From Deltaproteobacteria bacterium (GTDB taxonomy: Bacteria > Myxococcota_A > UBA9160 > UBA6930): DNA of 64,000 bases. Each line of letters starts with the position of its first letter. The stretch's first letter is position 1. The notes under the pieces were generated by a model that was not told the DNA's origin, did not search any database, and saw nothing but the letters and a program-made list of their open reading frames with translations. Shown here piece after piece: positions 8,952-19,726 of this stretch. The position numbers and the translations under genes were made by a program. The DNA is taken from NCBI GenBank assembly GCA_029261795.1, contig JAJDAP010000035.1, forward strand, positions 16,062 to 80,061, given 5' to 3'.

Positions 8952-9917
8952 GTGACGCGCCGATCGATCGGCCTACCGCTCGCGCTGGGGATCACGCTCA
9001 GCGTGGTCGCCCTGCTGCTCGGCGTGGGCTGGCAGCTGATCGTCGTCGGAGACCTCGGACCGGTGACGGCTGGCCTGTCTCGAACCCATTGGCTCCTGAT
9101 CATCCTCGGTTCGGTCTTCTTCGTGCTGATCATCGTGGGGCTGCTGCTGTTGTGTGGTTGGTTGGTGCGCGAGATCCGCTTCAACCAGCGACAACAGGCG
9201 TTCCTGGACGCCGTGACCCACGAGATGAAGACGCCGATCGCGGCACTGAAGCTCTACCTCGAGACCCTGGATCGGCATGATCCGGCGCCCGAGCGCCGCC
9301 GAGCGTTTCTCTCGCGAATGGGAGAAGACGTCGAGCGGCTGGAGCGGACGGTGACCCAGGTGCTCGCGGCGGCGCGCTCGGACAGCCCGGTCGAGCAGCG
9401 CCCGGGTTCGCCTCTCGACCTCACCGAGTTGCTGCGCCAGGCGGTGGGGGAGACGACGCGCCGCCACACCCTCGATTCCGATGCGATTCGGATGGAGCGG
9501 AAACGTCCGCTGACGGCGCTCGGAGATGAGGCTGAACTCGGAATGGTGTTTCGGAACCTGCTCGAGAACGCGGTGAAGTATTCGGAAGCCTCGGTGGAGG
9601 TGCGGGTCAGCTTCGAAGAATCCTCCGGCGGCCAGGTGGCCGTCGAGGTCGAAGACCGCGGAATCGGCATCGAGCGCCAGGAACTGCGCAAGATCTTCGA
9701 TCGCTTCTATCGCACCGGTCGCGACGTCCAACGACAGGCTGGCCTCGGACTGGGTCTGTTCATCGTGCGCGCGCTGGTGCGTCGCAACGGTGGGCGAGTA
9801 GACGCCTGGAGTCGCGGCGCGGGCCAGGGCAGTCGCTTCCGGGTGGTGCTGCGTGCAGCGCCCGGCGGCGCCCAGCCGGCGGCGGCACCGAGCCTACCGG
9901 CGACGGGTCTTTCCTGA
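8952..9917 (+). CDS. membrane-bound sensor histidine kinase
   Basis: Two N-terminal transmembrane segments, then an H-box (FLDAVTHEMKTPIAALK), N-box (FRNLLENAVKYS) and G-boxes (DRGIGI…GLGLGL). Confidence 0.8.
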   Translation: MTRRSIGLPLALGITLSVVALLLGVGWQLIVVGDLGPVTAGLSRTHWLLIILGSVFFVLIIVGLLLLCGWLVREIRFNQRQQAFLDAVTHEMKTPIAALKLYLETLDRHDPAPERRRAFLSRMGEDVERLERTVTQVLAAARSDSPVEQRPGSPLDLTELLRQAVGETTRRHTLDSDAIRMERKRPLTALGDEAELGMVFRNLLENAVKYSEASVEVRVSFEESSGGQVAVEVEDRGIGIERQELRKIFDRFYRTGRDVQRQAGLGLGLFIVRALVRRNGGRVDAWSRGAGQGSRFRVVLRAAPGGAQPAAAPSLPATGLS

Positions 9918-10630
9918 TGCCGCGCATCCTCGTGGTCGAGGACGAAGCCCACCTGGCGGAAGGCTTGGCCTTCAACCTCGAGGCCGAGGGATTCGAAGTC
10001 GAGGTCATCGAGCAGGGGAGCGCGGCGGCCGAACGCGTACAAATCGATCCGCCCCTCGACCTGGTGATTCTCGACGTGATGCTGCCGGGGATGAATGGCT
10101 TCGAAGTGGCGCGCCGAACCCGGGCGTCGGGGAACTACGTGCCGATCCTGATGCTCACGGCGAAGGACGATCCTGCCGATCTCGTGCGCGGCATCGAGGA
10201 AGGCGCCGACGACTATCTCACCAAGCCCTTCAAGCTCGACGAGCTGCTGGTGCGGACGCGCGCATTGCTGCGGCGTCGGCGTTGGGATGGTGCGCCGGAA
10301 GACGGGCCGGCGCCCGAAGTTCGCCTGGGCAGAGAGGGCACTGTGGTAGTGCGATTCGATCGCTTCGAGATCGAAACCCCGACCGGAACGATTCGGTTGA
10401 CCCCGCGCGAGGCCGGCTTGCTGCGCGCGCTCGTCGATCGCGAGGGAGAGCCGGTCACGCGCGGCGAGTTGCTCGAATCCGTCTGGGGCTTGCGGCCAGA
10501 CACCCGGACGCGTGTGGTCGATACCTTCATCCTGCGCTTGCGCCGCTACCTCGAAGAGGACCCGTCGAACCCGCGCATCATCGAGTCGGTTCGCGGCCAC
10601 GGCTATCGCTTCGTGCGCGGCGAGGACTGA
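9917..10630 (+). CDS. OmpR-family response regulator
   Basis: REC domain (LVVEDE…DLVILDVMLPGMNGFEV…LMLTAKDD) followed by a winged-helix Trans_reg_C domain (…VRGHGYRFV). The ATGA overlap with the kinase stop suggests co-translation. Confidence 0.85.
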   Translation: MPRILVVEDEAHLAEGLAFNLEAEGFEVEVIEQGSAAAERVQIDPPLDLVILDVMLPGMNGFEVARRTRASGNYVPILMLTAKDDPADLVRGIEEGADDYLTKPFKLDELLVRTRALLRRRRWDGAPEDGPAPEVRLGREGTVVVRFDRFEIETPTGTIRLTPREAGLLRALVDREGEPVTRGELLESVWGLRPDTRTRVVDTFILRLRRYLEEDPSNPRIIESVRGHGYRFVRGED

Positions 10631-10647
10631 TCGGTCACTCTGGCGCC

Positions 10648-11433
10648 ATGGAGTCCGACCAATCGCCAGCGCTCTCACTCGAGATCATTCCCGAGCTCAC
10701 CGACGCCACACTCGTGCTTGCCTTCGACGGCTGGAATGATGCCGGCGAGTCGGCGACCGGTGCGGTGCGCTTCCTGAATGACGGCATCCAGAGCGCACCG
10801 CTCGGGGAGATCGACGCCGAGGAGTTCTTCGATTTCACGGTCCGCCGGCCCGAAGTCCGCATGGACGGCGAGGGCGCTCGCGAACTCGACTGGCCGTCGA
10901 TCCGACTGCGCTACGGAACGATCGGTGACGTGGCCGTCGTGACGGCACTGGGTTCGGAACCCCACCTGCGCTGGAAGGCCTTTACCCGCGAGATCGAAGC
11001 CCTGATTCGTACGCTGCAAATCCGCCGGGTCGTGTTGCTAGGCGCATTCCTCGCGGATGTTCTCTACACGCGGCCGTTGAACGTCTCGGGTTTCGGTCCG
11101 CCTGAGCGCCTTGCCGAACTCGGCGTCTCTCCAACGGGCTATCAGGGCCCGACCGGGATCGTTGGCGTGCTCGGGTCGGAACTGCCCAAGCTCGGCGTCG
11201 AGGTGACGAGCTTGTGGGCAGGGCTGCCGCACTACATCACGCTCTCGCCGAATCCGCGCGGCATGCTCGCGCTGCTGCACAAGCTCTCGGGCTACCTGGG
11301 CCTGCCGCTCGATCACACGCCACTCGAACGGGAAGCCGCCGAGTTCGAAGAACAGGTCTCGAAACTCGTCGTCGCCGACCCCGAACTCGCCGCCTACATC
11401 CGCGAGCTCAAGAAGCGCGAGTTCTCGCAGTAA
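10648..11433 (+). CDS. PAC2 (proteasome assembly chaperone-like) family protein
   Basis: MESDQSPALSLEIIPELTDATLVLAFDGWNDAGESATGA… matches the PAC2/DUF75-like N-terminus as I recall it. The gene lies inside a longer spurious ORF (9853..11433). Confidence 0.55.
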   Translation: MESDQSPALSLEIIPELTDATLVLAFDGWNDAGESATGAVRFLNDGIQSAPLGEIDAEEFFDFTVRRPEVRMDGEGARELDWPSIRLRYGTIGDVAVVTALGSEPHLRWKAFTREIEALIRTLQIRRVVLLGAFLADVLYTRPLNVSGFGPPERLAELGVSPTGYQGPTGIVGVLGSELPKLGVEVTSLWAGLPHYITLSPNPRGMLALLHKLSGYLGLPLDHTPLEREAAEFEEQVSKLVVADPELAAYIRELKKREFSQ

Positions 11434-11523
11434 GAGCGGGGACGGACTCCTCAAGTTCCAACTTTGCAAGTTACCCCACAGGGAAACTTGCAAAGTTGAA
11501 ACTTGAGGAGTCCGTCCCCGCTC
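11434..11523. terminator. long perfect hairpin (about 34-bp stem, 13-nt loop) between convergent genes
   Basis: GAGCGGGGACGGACTCCTCAAGTTCCAACTTTGCAAGTT-ACCCCACAGGGAA-ACTTGCAAAGTTGAAACTTGAGGAGTCCGTCCCCGCTC. It lies between the PAC2 stop (11433) and the Trm112-like stop (11524). There is no U-tract. Confidence 0.5.
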
Positions 11524-11802
11524 CTAGAGTTCGATCGATTCTTCGATGAGCATGACGGGGATGCCGTCTTCGACCGGGTAGGCGATCTGGCCGTCTTCGC
11601 GGATCAGGGCTTCGTCGAAGGCGCGTTCCGGTTTGTTGCCGCCGCGGTTGCGCATGTCGCCGCCCGCGACGCGGGTGTTGATGCTCGCCAGCTCCTCGGC
11701 GTTGGCCAGATGCACGGGCTGCTTCGTCTCTGGGCAGACCAGGATCTCGATCAGGTCCGGACTCACGGTGTACTTTTCGCTCATGTCGACTGGCCTCTCC
11801 AA
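11524..11802 (-). CDS. Trm112-like small protein
   Basis: LIEILVCPETKQPV…IAYPVEDGIPVMLIEESI is the Trm112p-like (DUF343) signature. The start is probably the internal MSEKY, giving about 87 aa. Confidence 0.5.
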   Translation of the reverse strand: MERPVDMSEKYTVSPDLIEILVCPETKQPVHLANAEELASINTRVAGGDMRNRGGNKPERAFDEALIREDGQIAYPVEDGIPVMLIEESIEL

Positions 11803-11805
11803 GAA

Positions 11806-13035
11806 CTAACGAAGCATGCTCGACGGATAGTCGAGAATCTTGCGCGCCACGATCAGTTGGTTGATCTGCTGGGTGCCTTCGTAGATGTCGTTGATCTTCG
11901 CATCCCGCATCCACTTCTCCACCAGCAGCTTCTTCGAATAGCCCGCGGGCCCGAGCAATTCCACCGCCTTCTGGGTGATCCGGGTGACGGCGAGGCCGGC
12001 CTTGGCCTTCGCCATCGATGCCTCGAGGCTGTTGGGTTTGCCGGCATTCATCATCGCTGCGGCTCGCCAGGTGAGCAGGCGCGCGGCCTGGAGCTCGGTT
12101 ACCATTTCCATCACGTCCCGCTCGATGGCGGTGAGTTCCGTCGGCGGCGCGTCGTAGCGGGCCACGATGCCGTGACCGGCCAGTTCCTCGAGCACGCAAT
12201 CGAGCGCGGCCCTCCCTACGCCGACGGCCATGGCCGCCACGATCGGCCGGCTGGCGTCGAAGGTCGCCATGGCGCCCTTGAAGCCCTTGTCGCCGCTCGA
12301 GGCACTGGGCTCCGCCTTCTGCTTCTTGACCTCGGCGCTTCCGAGCAGGTTCGTGGCCGGCACACGGCAATCATCGAACTGGAGTGTGGCCGTGTCGCTG
12401 GCACGAATGCCGAGCTTGTTCTCGAGGCCGACGAGCGTCATGCCCGGTGTTCCCGCCGGCACTACGAACGCCTTGATGCCACCGCGGCCCGCGCTCTTGT
12501 CCACCGTGGCCCAGACCACGACGAAGCCACCCTCGACCTGGGAAGCGCCTTCGCCTCCGGTGCAGAAGATCTTCGTTCCGTTGAGGATGTATGCGTCGCC
12601 GTCGCGCTCGGCGGTGGTCAGCAGGTTCGCGCTGTCACTGCCTGCCTGGGCCTCGGTGATGGCCATCGCGCCCCAGGCCGGGTTGCCGTCACCTCGGAAG
12701 ACCGAGAGAAAACGCGCCTTTTGTTCCTTGTTTCCAGCCGCCGAAACGGCGGAACCGCCGAGCCCCGCGAAGGGGGTGCGCAGATAGAGCCCGGCATCGC
12801 CCCAACACAGTTCCTCGGTCTGCACGCAGATCTGGATGAAGCCGTCGGAGGGGCCTTCACCCTTTGGCGTTCCGGAGCGGCCGTTGCGCCAGTACCAGTC
12901 GACCCATTCGGTCGGCAGGTCGTGCTCCTGGTCGTCGTACTTGCGCGAGATCGGGCGCATCTGGTCGCGGGCCATCGCGCGAAAGTGGTCACGGGCGAGG
13001 CTGGTGCTGTCGGTGAGATCGAAAGAGATCGGCAT
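11806..13035 (-). CDS. acyl-CoA dehydrogenase
   Basis: 409 aa with an ACAD fold (…AITEAQAGSD…, C-terminal EGTQQINQLIVARKIL). Confidence 0.8.
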   Translation of the reverse strand: MPISFDLTDSTSLARDHFRAMARDQMRPISRKYDDQEHDLPTEWVDWYWRNGRSGTPKGEGPSDGFIQICVQTEELCWGDAGLYLRTPFAGLGGSAVSAAGNKEQKARFLSVFRGDGNPAWGAMAITEAQAGSDSANLLTTAERDGDAYILNGTKIFCTGGEGASQVEGGFVVVWATVDKSAGRGGIKAFVVPAGTPGMTLVGLENKLGIRASDTATLQFDDCRVPATNLLGSAEVKKQKAEPSASSGDKGFKGAMATFDASRPIVAAMAVGVGRAALDCVLEELAGHGIVARYDAPPTELTAIERDVMEMVTELQAARLLTWRAAAMMNAGKPNSLEASMAKAKAGLAVTRITQKAVELLGPAGYSKKLLVEKWMRDAKINDIYEGTQQINQLIVARKILDYPSSMLR

Positions 13036-13044
13036 TTAGGCTCC

Positions 13045-14133
<1,089 letters not shown>

Positions 14134-14256
14134 GGCGCAGCCGGGCTCCTCTGGGCGTGTGGGGCGCACCGGCGGGGGGATTGGCCGGCGCGAGGGGAGA
14201 CCGAGCATATCAACCGGCTCCCGGGCGAGCATCCGCAGGCGCCGATCATGGCTCGC

Positions 14257-14280
14257 AAAACCCTGTTTCAGGAGGGTTTT
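14257..14280. promoter_or_regulatory. inverted repeat AAAACCCT-N8-AGGGTTTT upstream of the act operon promoter
   Basis: Perfect 8-bp inverted arms read directly from the sequence, about 15 bp upstream of a candidate -35. Confidence 0.3.
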
Positions 14281-14294
14281 CGCAACGCACGAGG

Positions 14295-14323
14295 GTTGAC
14301 CCTGAACGCGTGAAGTTCTAAAT
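14295..14323 (+). promoter_or_regulatory. candidate sigma70-type promoter for actABCDEF
   Basis: TTGACC-17 nt-TAAATA, about 150 nt upstream of the actA start, in an otherwise GC-rich gap. Confidence 0.3.
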
Positions 14324-14470
14324 ACGCCAGCGCTTGACCCCCCGGGCGAGGCGAGGGGAGGGGCGCGGATTTCACGCGGACCCCCCGACGCCACCAGCTT
14401 CGTGGGCGTCGGGCTTCTTCTCCTACAGCCAGTGCTTCTCCGATCAAGAAGGGGGCGACTCGACCACGTC

Positions 14471-15226
14471 ATGGGAACCCATCGCGCGCGCGGCCGTTCC
14501 ATTTTTGTCAGTATCCTGCTCGCGGGGGCAGCCGTGCTGTTGTTCCCGGCGCTTCAGGGCTCCACTGCAGCGCACGCAGAAGGTGGCGATTCCCTCGTCG
14601 CCGAGAGTGTGTGCGACGCCCAACGCCTCAAGGCCATGCAGGTTGAAGATCCGCATCTGGAGATCGAGATTCCGGCCGAGTTCGACCGGCCGTTCCCGAC
14701 GCTCGCGGCCTGCGAGTCCCACGAGGCGGCCCTGGATCCCGCGTCGGAAGGCCCGATCCAGCCGATTGCCTTCAGTCACAAGCACCACGCCGGTGATTTC
14801 GAGATCGACTGCCAGTACTGCCACAGCGGCACCGATCGATCCGCCTCCGCCGGCGTCCCTTCCGTGGAACTCTGCATGGGCTGCCATGCGCAGTTCCCCG
14901 CCGAGTACGACCAGCTCGAAGGCATCCAGATCCTCAAGGAACACTGGGAGAACGGGAAGTCGATCGAGTGGGTGCAGATCCACCGGCTTCCCGAGCACGT
15001 GAAGTTCCAGCACCAGGCCCACATCCGCAGCAAGGATTTCGGCGGCCCGGAGTTCGAGTGCCAGACCTGCCACGGGCCGGTCGAAAACATGGACAAGCTC
15101 TATATGACGCCGGACACGAAGTTCTGGCAGTACGGCCTTCCCACTCAGAAGCTCGAGATGGGTTGGTGCGTGAAGTGTCACCGAGACAACGGCGCGTCCC
15201 AGGACTGCCTGACCTGCCACTACTAG
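14471..15226 (+). CDS. actA: alternative complex III subunit ActA (pentaheme cytochrome c)
   Basis: Signal/anchor followed by five CxxCH motifs (CQYCH, CMGCH, CQTCH, CVKCH, CLTCH). It is the first gene of the act operon. Confidence 0.8.
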   Translation: MGTHRARGRSIFVSILLAGAAVLLFPALQGSTAAHAEGGDSLVAESVCDAQRLKAMQVEDPHLEIEIPAEFDRPFPTLAACESHEAALDPASEGPIQPIAFSHKHHAGDFEIDCQYCHSGTDRSASAGVPSVELCMGCHAQFPAEYDQLEGIQILKEHWENGKSIEWVQIHRLPEHVKFQHQAHIRSKDFGGPEFECQTCHGPVENMDKLYMTPDTKFWQYGLPTQKLEMGWCVKCHRDNGASQDCLTCHY

Positions 15227-15235
15227 GGACCCTCG

Positions 15236-18200
15236 ATGCCTGAACTGGTTCGTCGCGACTTCCTCAAGCTAGTCGGTGTGAGCGCGGGCTCTGCCGCCGC
15301 CGCCGGCTGCTCCGACCACGTCGAAAAGCTGATTCCCTACGTGGTTCAGCCCGAAGAGATCACTCCCGGAAACCCGGTGGTGTATGCCTCGACGTGCACG
15401 GAGTGCCCGGTTGCCTGCGGTCTCCACGTGAAGACGCGCGAAGGCCGACCGATCAAGGTGGAGGGAAACCCCGACCACCCGGTGAACCAGGGACGACTCT
15501 GTGCGCGGGCCCAGGCGAGCATCGAGCGCACCTACTCCCCGGATCGTTTCAAGAGCCCGATGCGCCGGAATGCCGCCGGTGAACTCGAGCCGATCTCCTG
15601 GGACGAGGCGCTGAGCGTCGTCTCCCAGGCCATCCAGAAGGCGCCGGCCAAGACCCACGTGCTGGGTGGCAACCCCGGGCCGCTCGCCTCGCGCACGATC
15701 GATGGCTTCGTGACCGCGATCGGGGGCGGAGGCCGCACGGTCTACGAGCCGTTCGCCAATGAAGCGCTTCGCGCAGCGACGCAACAGGTCCATGGCGTCG
15801 CCGGCGAGCCCGTCTTCGATCTGGACGGCGCCGATCTGATCATCGACTTCGGCTCCGAAGTGCTCGATACCGGCCACTCGCCGGTGGAGCACGCCCGCCA
15901 ATGGTCCGACGCGCGCGACATCGAAAAGAACCCGCACGGTGGCGCCAAGCTGGTCTACATCGGCGCCCGGTTGTCGGTGACCGCATCGTCCTCGGACGAG
16001 TGGCTGCCCGCGAAGCCCGGTAGCGAGGGATTGCTCGCATTGGCGCTGGCCAAGGCCGCGCTCGATGCGGGGGCCAGTGCCGACGCCGCCGTCGTCGCCG
16101 CCGTCGCAGGCGCGGATATCAGCGCGGCTGCCGCCGCCTCGGATGTTCCGGTCGAAACGATCCAACGCCTCGGCGCAGCACTGGCCAAGGCAAAGAAGGC
16201 CGTTGCACTTCCGCCGGGCTCGGCTGTCGCGAGCCGCCGCGCCGTTGGTGCCAACGCCGCCGTACTGCTGCTGAACCGGGTCGTCGGGAGCGCCAGCGTC
16301 AGCGTCGCCGCCACGCCCGGAACCGCACGTTATGCCGACGTGCTGGCACTGGTGCAGGCGATGCAGGGCGGCAAGGTGGGCGTGCTGCTGGTCCATGACG
16401 CGAACCCGGTCTACTCGCTGCCATCAGCGTCCGGCTTCGACGAGGCGCTGGCCTCGGTCGGCCTGGTGGTTTCGTTCGCCACCGCCAATGACGAGACCTC
16501 GGCGCTCGCCGGTCTGGTCCTGCCGGCCCACGCACCGATGGAGAGCTGGGGCGATCGCACTTCCCGCGCCGGAGTCCGGGGCCTGATCCAGCCGACGCTG
16601 AGCCCGATCTACGACACCAGGGCCGTGCCCGACGCGCTCAACGAGATCCGCCGCAGCCTGGGCGGCGACGCCGCACAGAACCTGCCGAGCGGAAGCTTCC
16701 GCGACACGGTGGAAGCCAGCCTCGGTGCCGACGTCCGCGCCAGCCTGATGCGAGGCTTCGTCGTGAGCGAAGTCGCAGCTGTCGCAGGCGCGCCGGAGGC
16801 CATCGCGATCGACGTGGCCGCGCCCATCCTGACCGGCGACGGCGACTTCACCTTGCTTGCCTATCCGAGCCCGTTCCTGGGGGATGGAACCGGTGCGGCA
16901 CTGCCGCTCTTGCAAGAGATCCCGGACCCGGTGACCTCCGTTGCCTGGGACAGCTGGGCCGAGATCAGCATGGCCACCGCAGAGGCCCTCGATCTCGAGA
17001 TGGGCGATGTGGTTTCCGTCGCCACCTCGGCCGGTTCCCTGGATGTCGCCGTCTATCCGCGCGGTGGCATCCGCGACGACGTCATCGCGATTCCGACGGG
17101 CCAGGGCCATACGGTCGGCTACTTCGCTTCGAAGGCAGGGCAGGGCCTCCCCGGTACTGCGCGCGGCGTGAACGTGCTCGACCTGCTGCCCGCCGACGGT
17201 GTCGACGAGGCCGGAGGTCGCGCCTTCCTCACCGAGACCGCCAAGGTCTCGAAGACGGGCCGCTTCCGCCGCCTGACGCTGCTGCAGTTCAACGACAACA
17301 AGCGAGGCCGGCAACTCGGTGAAGTCCTGACGCTCGCGGCACTTGCCGAGACCGCCGACGCACACGCGGCGCCCGCCGAGGGTGCCCACGGAGAGGGTCA
17401 CGGTGGTGGCCATGGCGCCAGCCACGGCACAGGCGCGCTCGCCCACGAGATCCACCAGCCGTACGACCCGGCTGACGACGCCAGCAATGCCCAGTACGAG
17501 CGCACCTTCCACCTGGCCGGCGAGGCCTCGGCCAAGGAGAGCCCGTACCGCTGGGGAATGACCGTCGACCTCGACAAGTGCACGGGCTGCAGCGCCTGCA
17601 TCTCGGCTTGTTATGTCGAGAACAACATCCCGCGCGTCGGTGAGGAAGAGACCCGGCTGGTTCGCCAGATGGCCTGGATCCGCATCGATCGCTGGGCCGG
17701 AAACGGCGAGGCCGTGATGCACGTCGGGCGTGAGTTCTCCTACGCCAGCAACGAGAAGCTCGGCGATAGCGACGTGCGCAACTCGCCGATGTTCTGCCAG
17801 CACTGCGGCGCGGCGCCCTGCGAGCCGGTCTGCCCCGTCATTGCGACCTACCACAACGAGGAAGGTCTGAACGGGATGATCTACAACCGCTGCATCGGCA
17901 CGCGGTACTGCGCGAACAACTGCCCCTACAAGGTCCGGCGCTACAACTACTTCGATCACCAGATCGGGGGCCGCGATTCCGCCGCCAATCCCGCTGGCGG
18001 CAAGTGGCCGGCGCCGATGGAACTCGGGCTGAATCCCGACGTGACCGTGCGCGGTCAGGGCGTGATGGAGAAGTGCACCATGTGCGTGCAGCGGATCCAG
18101 TACGCCCGCCAGGAGGCCAAGAACGACGGGGACGCCGTCATCGCCGACGGCGCCGTCCAAACGGCTTGCCAGCAGACCTGTCCGTCGGGAGCCATCACCT

Positions 18201-18340
18201 TCGGCAACCTGCGAGACGATCACTCCGCGGTTTCCAAGGCCGCCGACTCGAAGCGCGGTTACCACGCGCTCCATGTGCTGAACACCCGCCCCGCGGTGAC
18301 CTACCTGGCCAAGGTCGATCGCGGCAAGGTCGAAGGGTAA
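15236..18340 (+). CDS. actB: alternative complex III subunit ActB (molybdopterin-oxidoreductase-like plus 4Fe-4S ferredoxin-like fusion)
   Basis: 1034 aa with a Tat motif RRDFLK and an N-terminal Cys cluster (CTECPVACG). The C-terminal third has several Cys clusters (CTGCSACISAC, CQHCGAAPCEPVCP, CIGTRYCANNCP) typical of PsrB/NrfC-like FeS subunits. Confidence 0.85.
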   Translation: MPELVRRDFLKLVGVSAGSAAAAGCSDHVEKLIPYVVQPEEITPGNPVVYASTCTECPVACGLHVKTREGRPIKVEGNPDHPVNQGRLCARAQASIERTYSPDRFKSPMRRNAAGELEPISWDEALSVVSQAIQKAPAKTHVLGGNPGPLASRTIDGFVTAIGGGGRTVYEPFANEALRAATQQVHGVAGEPVFDLDGADLIIDFGSEVLDTGHSPVEHARQWSDARDIEKNPHGGAKLVYIGARLSVTASSSDEWLPAKPGSEGLLALALAKAALDAGASADAAVVAAVAGADISAAAAASDVPVETIQRLGAALAKAKKAVALPPGSAVASRRAVGANAAVLLLNRVVGSASVSVAATPGTARYADVLALVQAMQGGKVGVLLVHDANPVYSLPSASGFDEALASVGLVVSFATANDETSALAGLVLPAHAPMESWGDRTSRAGVRGLIQPTLSPIYDTRAVPDALNEIRRSLGGDAAQNLPSGSFRDTVEASLGADVRASLMRGFVVSEVAAVAGAPEAIAIDVAAPILTGDGDFTLLAYPSPFLGDGTGAALPLLQEIPDPVTSVAWDSWAEISMATAEALDLEMGDVVSVATSAGSLDVAVYPRGGIRDDVIAIPTGQGHTVGYFASKAGQGLPGTARGVNVLDLLPADGVDEAGGRAFLTETAKVSKTGRFRRLTLLQFNDNKRGRQLGEVLTLAALAETADAHAAPAEGAHGEGHGGGHGASHGTGALAHEIHQPYDPADDASNAQYERTFHLAGEASAKESPYRWGMTVDLDKCTGCSACISACYVENNIPRVGEEETRLVRQMAWIRIDRWAGNGEAVMHVGREFSYASNEKLGDSDVRNSPMFCQHCGAAPCEPVCPVIATYHNEEGLNGMIYNRCIGTRYCANNCPYKVRRYNYFDHQIGGRDSAANPAGGKWPAPMELGLNPDVTVRGQGVMEKCTMCVQRIQYARQEAKNDGDAVIADGAVQTACQQTCPSGAITFGNLRDDHSAVSKAADSKRGYHALHVLNTRPAVTYLAKVDRGKVEG

Positions 18341-18346
18341 GGACGA

Positions 18347-19726
18347 ATGACGCCGCCTCCCGCCACTGCCGTCGCTGATTCCATGCAGCCGCCGCCGCCG
18401 CCCGCGCCCGGCGAATCGCCGATCAATCGCGACATCATGAGCGTGATGGACGGGGTCAGTCCCGGCTATTTCATGCTGCTCGGCGCCTGTGTTCTTTCCG
18501 TCGTTGCGGCGGGCGCCACCTGGGTCTACCAGGTCTACGAAGGCCTCGGGATCGGTGGCTACACGCACCCGATCTTCTGGGGCGCCTACATCGTCACCTT
18601 CGTGTTCTGGGTCGGCATCGCCCACGCTGGGACGCTGATCTCGGCGATCCTCTATCTCTTCCGTGCGAAGTGGCGCAACGCCATCAACCGCAGCGCCGAG
18701 GCGATGACAGTATTCGCGGTGCTTACCGCGGCCCAGTTCCTGGGCATCCACGTCGGTCGCATGTGGAAGAGCTACTTCATCCTGCCGTACCCGAACCAGC
18801 GCGGCCTCTGGGTGAACTTCCGCAGCCCGCTCGAGTGGGACACCTTCGCGATCTCGACCTACGCGACGATCTCGATCGTGTTCTTCTTCATCGGTCTGAT
18901 CCCGGACCTCGCGATCCTGCGCGACCGCTCACGGGGCCTGAAGAAGTTGGTCTACACGGCACTGGCCCTCGGCTGGCAGGGCACCTCCACCCAATGGAAG
19001 AGCCACACCCGCTCGGTGCTGCATCTCTCGGGCCTGGCCACGCCACTGGTGCTCTCGGTCCACTCCGTCGTGTCCTGGGACTTCGCCATGTCGATTGTGC
19101 CCGGCTGGCACGCCACGATCTTCGCGCCCTACTTCGTGGCCGGCGCGATCTTCTCGGGCTTCGCGATGGTGCTGACGGTGATGATCCCCGTGCGCCGCAT
19201 CTACGGCCTCGAGGAGTACATCAACGACTATCACTTCGAGAACATGACGCGCTTCCTGCTGTTGACGTCTTGGATCGTCGGATATGCCTACGGCATCGAG
19301 TATTTCATCGCCTGGTATTCGGGCGTCGAGGCGGAACAGACAGCCTTCTGGTTGCGCGCCTTCGGGCCCTATTGGTTCTCGACCTGGACCATGATCATCT
19401 GCAACGTGGTCATCCCGCAGATCTTCTGGTTCAAGAAGTTCCGCACCCACGTCCCGACGATCTTCGTGGTCTCCACGTTCATCAACATCGGCATGTGGTT
19501 CGAGCGCTACGTCATCATCATCACGTCGCTAACGCGCGAATATGATCCGGCGGTCTGGGGTACCTACACGCCGACCTGGGCGGAGCTCACGATCTTCGCG
19601 GGAAGCTTCGGCTTCTTCGGGATGTTGTTCCTGATGTTCATGAAGTTCTTCCCGGTCATCGCGATCACCGAGATGAAGGAGCTCGCGATCCACGACAGAG
19701 CCCATGCTGCGGGAGGAGGTCACTGA
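18347..19726 (+). CDS. actC: alternative complex III subunit ActC (NrfD/PsrC-like membrane subunit)
   Basis: 459 aa, polytopic and Trp/Phe-rich, NrfD-like, in the operon context. Confidence 0.8.
   Translation: MTPPPATAVADSMQPPPPPAPGESPINRDIMSVMDGVSPGYFMLLGACVLSVVAAGATWVYQVYEGLGIGGYTHPIFWGAYIVTFVFWVGIAHAGTLISAILYLFRAKWRNAINRSAEAMTVFAVLTAAQFLGIHVGRMWKSYFILPYPNQRGLWVNFRSPLEWDTFAISTYATISIVFFFIGLIPDLAILRDRSRGLKKLVYTALALGWQGTSTQWKSHTRSVLHLSGLATPLVLSVHSVVSWDFAMSIVPGWHATIFAPYFVAGAIFSGFAMVLTVMIPVRRIYGLEEYINDYHFENMTRFLLLTSWIVGYAYGIEYFIAWYSGVEAEQTAFWLRAFGPYWFSTWTMIICNVVIPQIFWFKKFRTHVPTIFVVSTFINIGMWFERYVIIITSLTREYDPAVWGTYTPTWAELTIFAGSFGFFGMLFLMFMKFFPVIAITEMKELAIHDRAHAAGGGH

Noticed and set aside
16424-18751. 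775-aa minus-strand ORF and other long ORFs inside actB
   Set aside because: They are antisense to the strongly supported ActB coding sequence, which has the Tat signal, the Cys clusters and the operon context.
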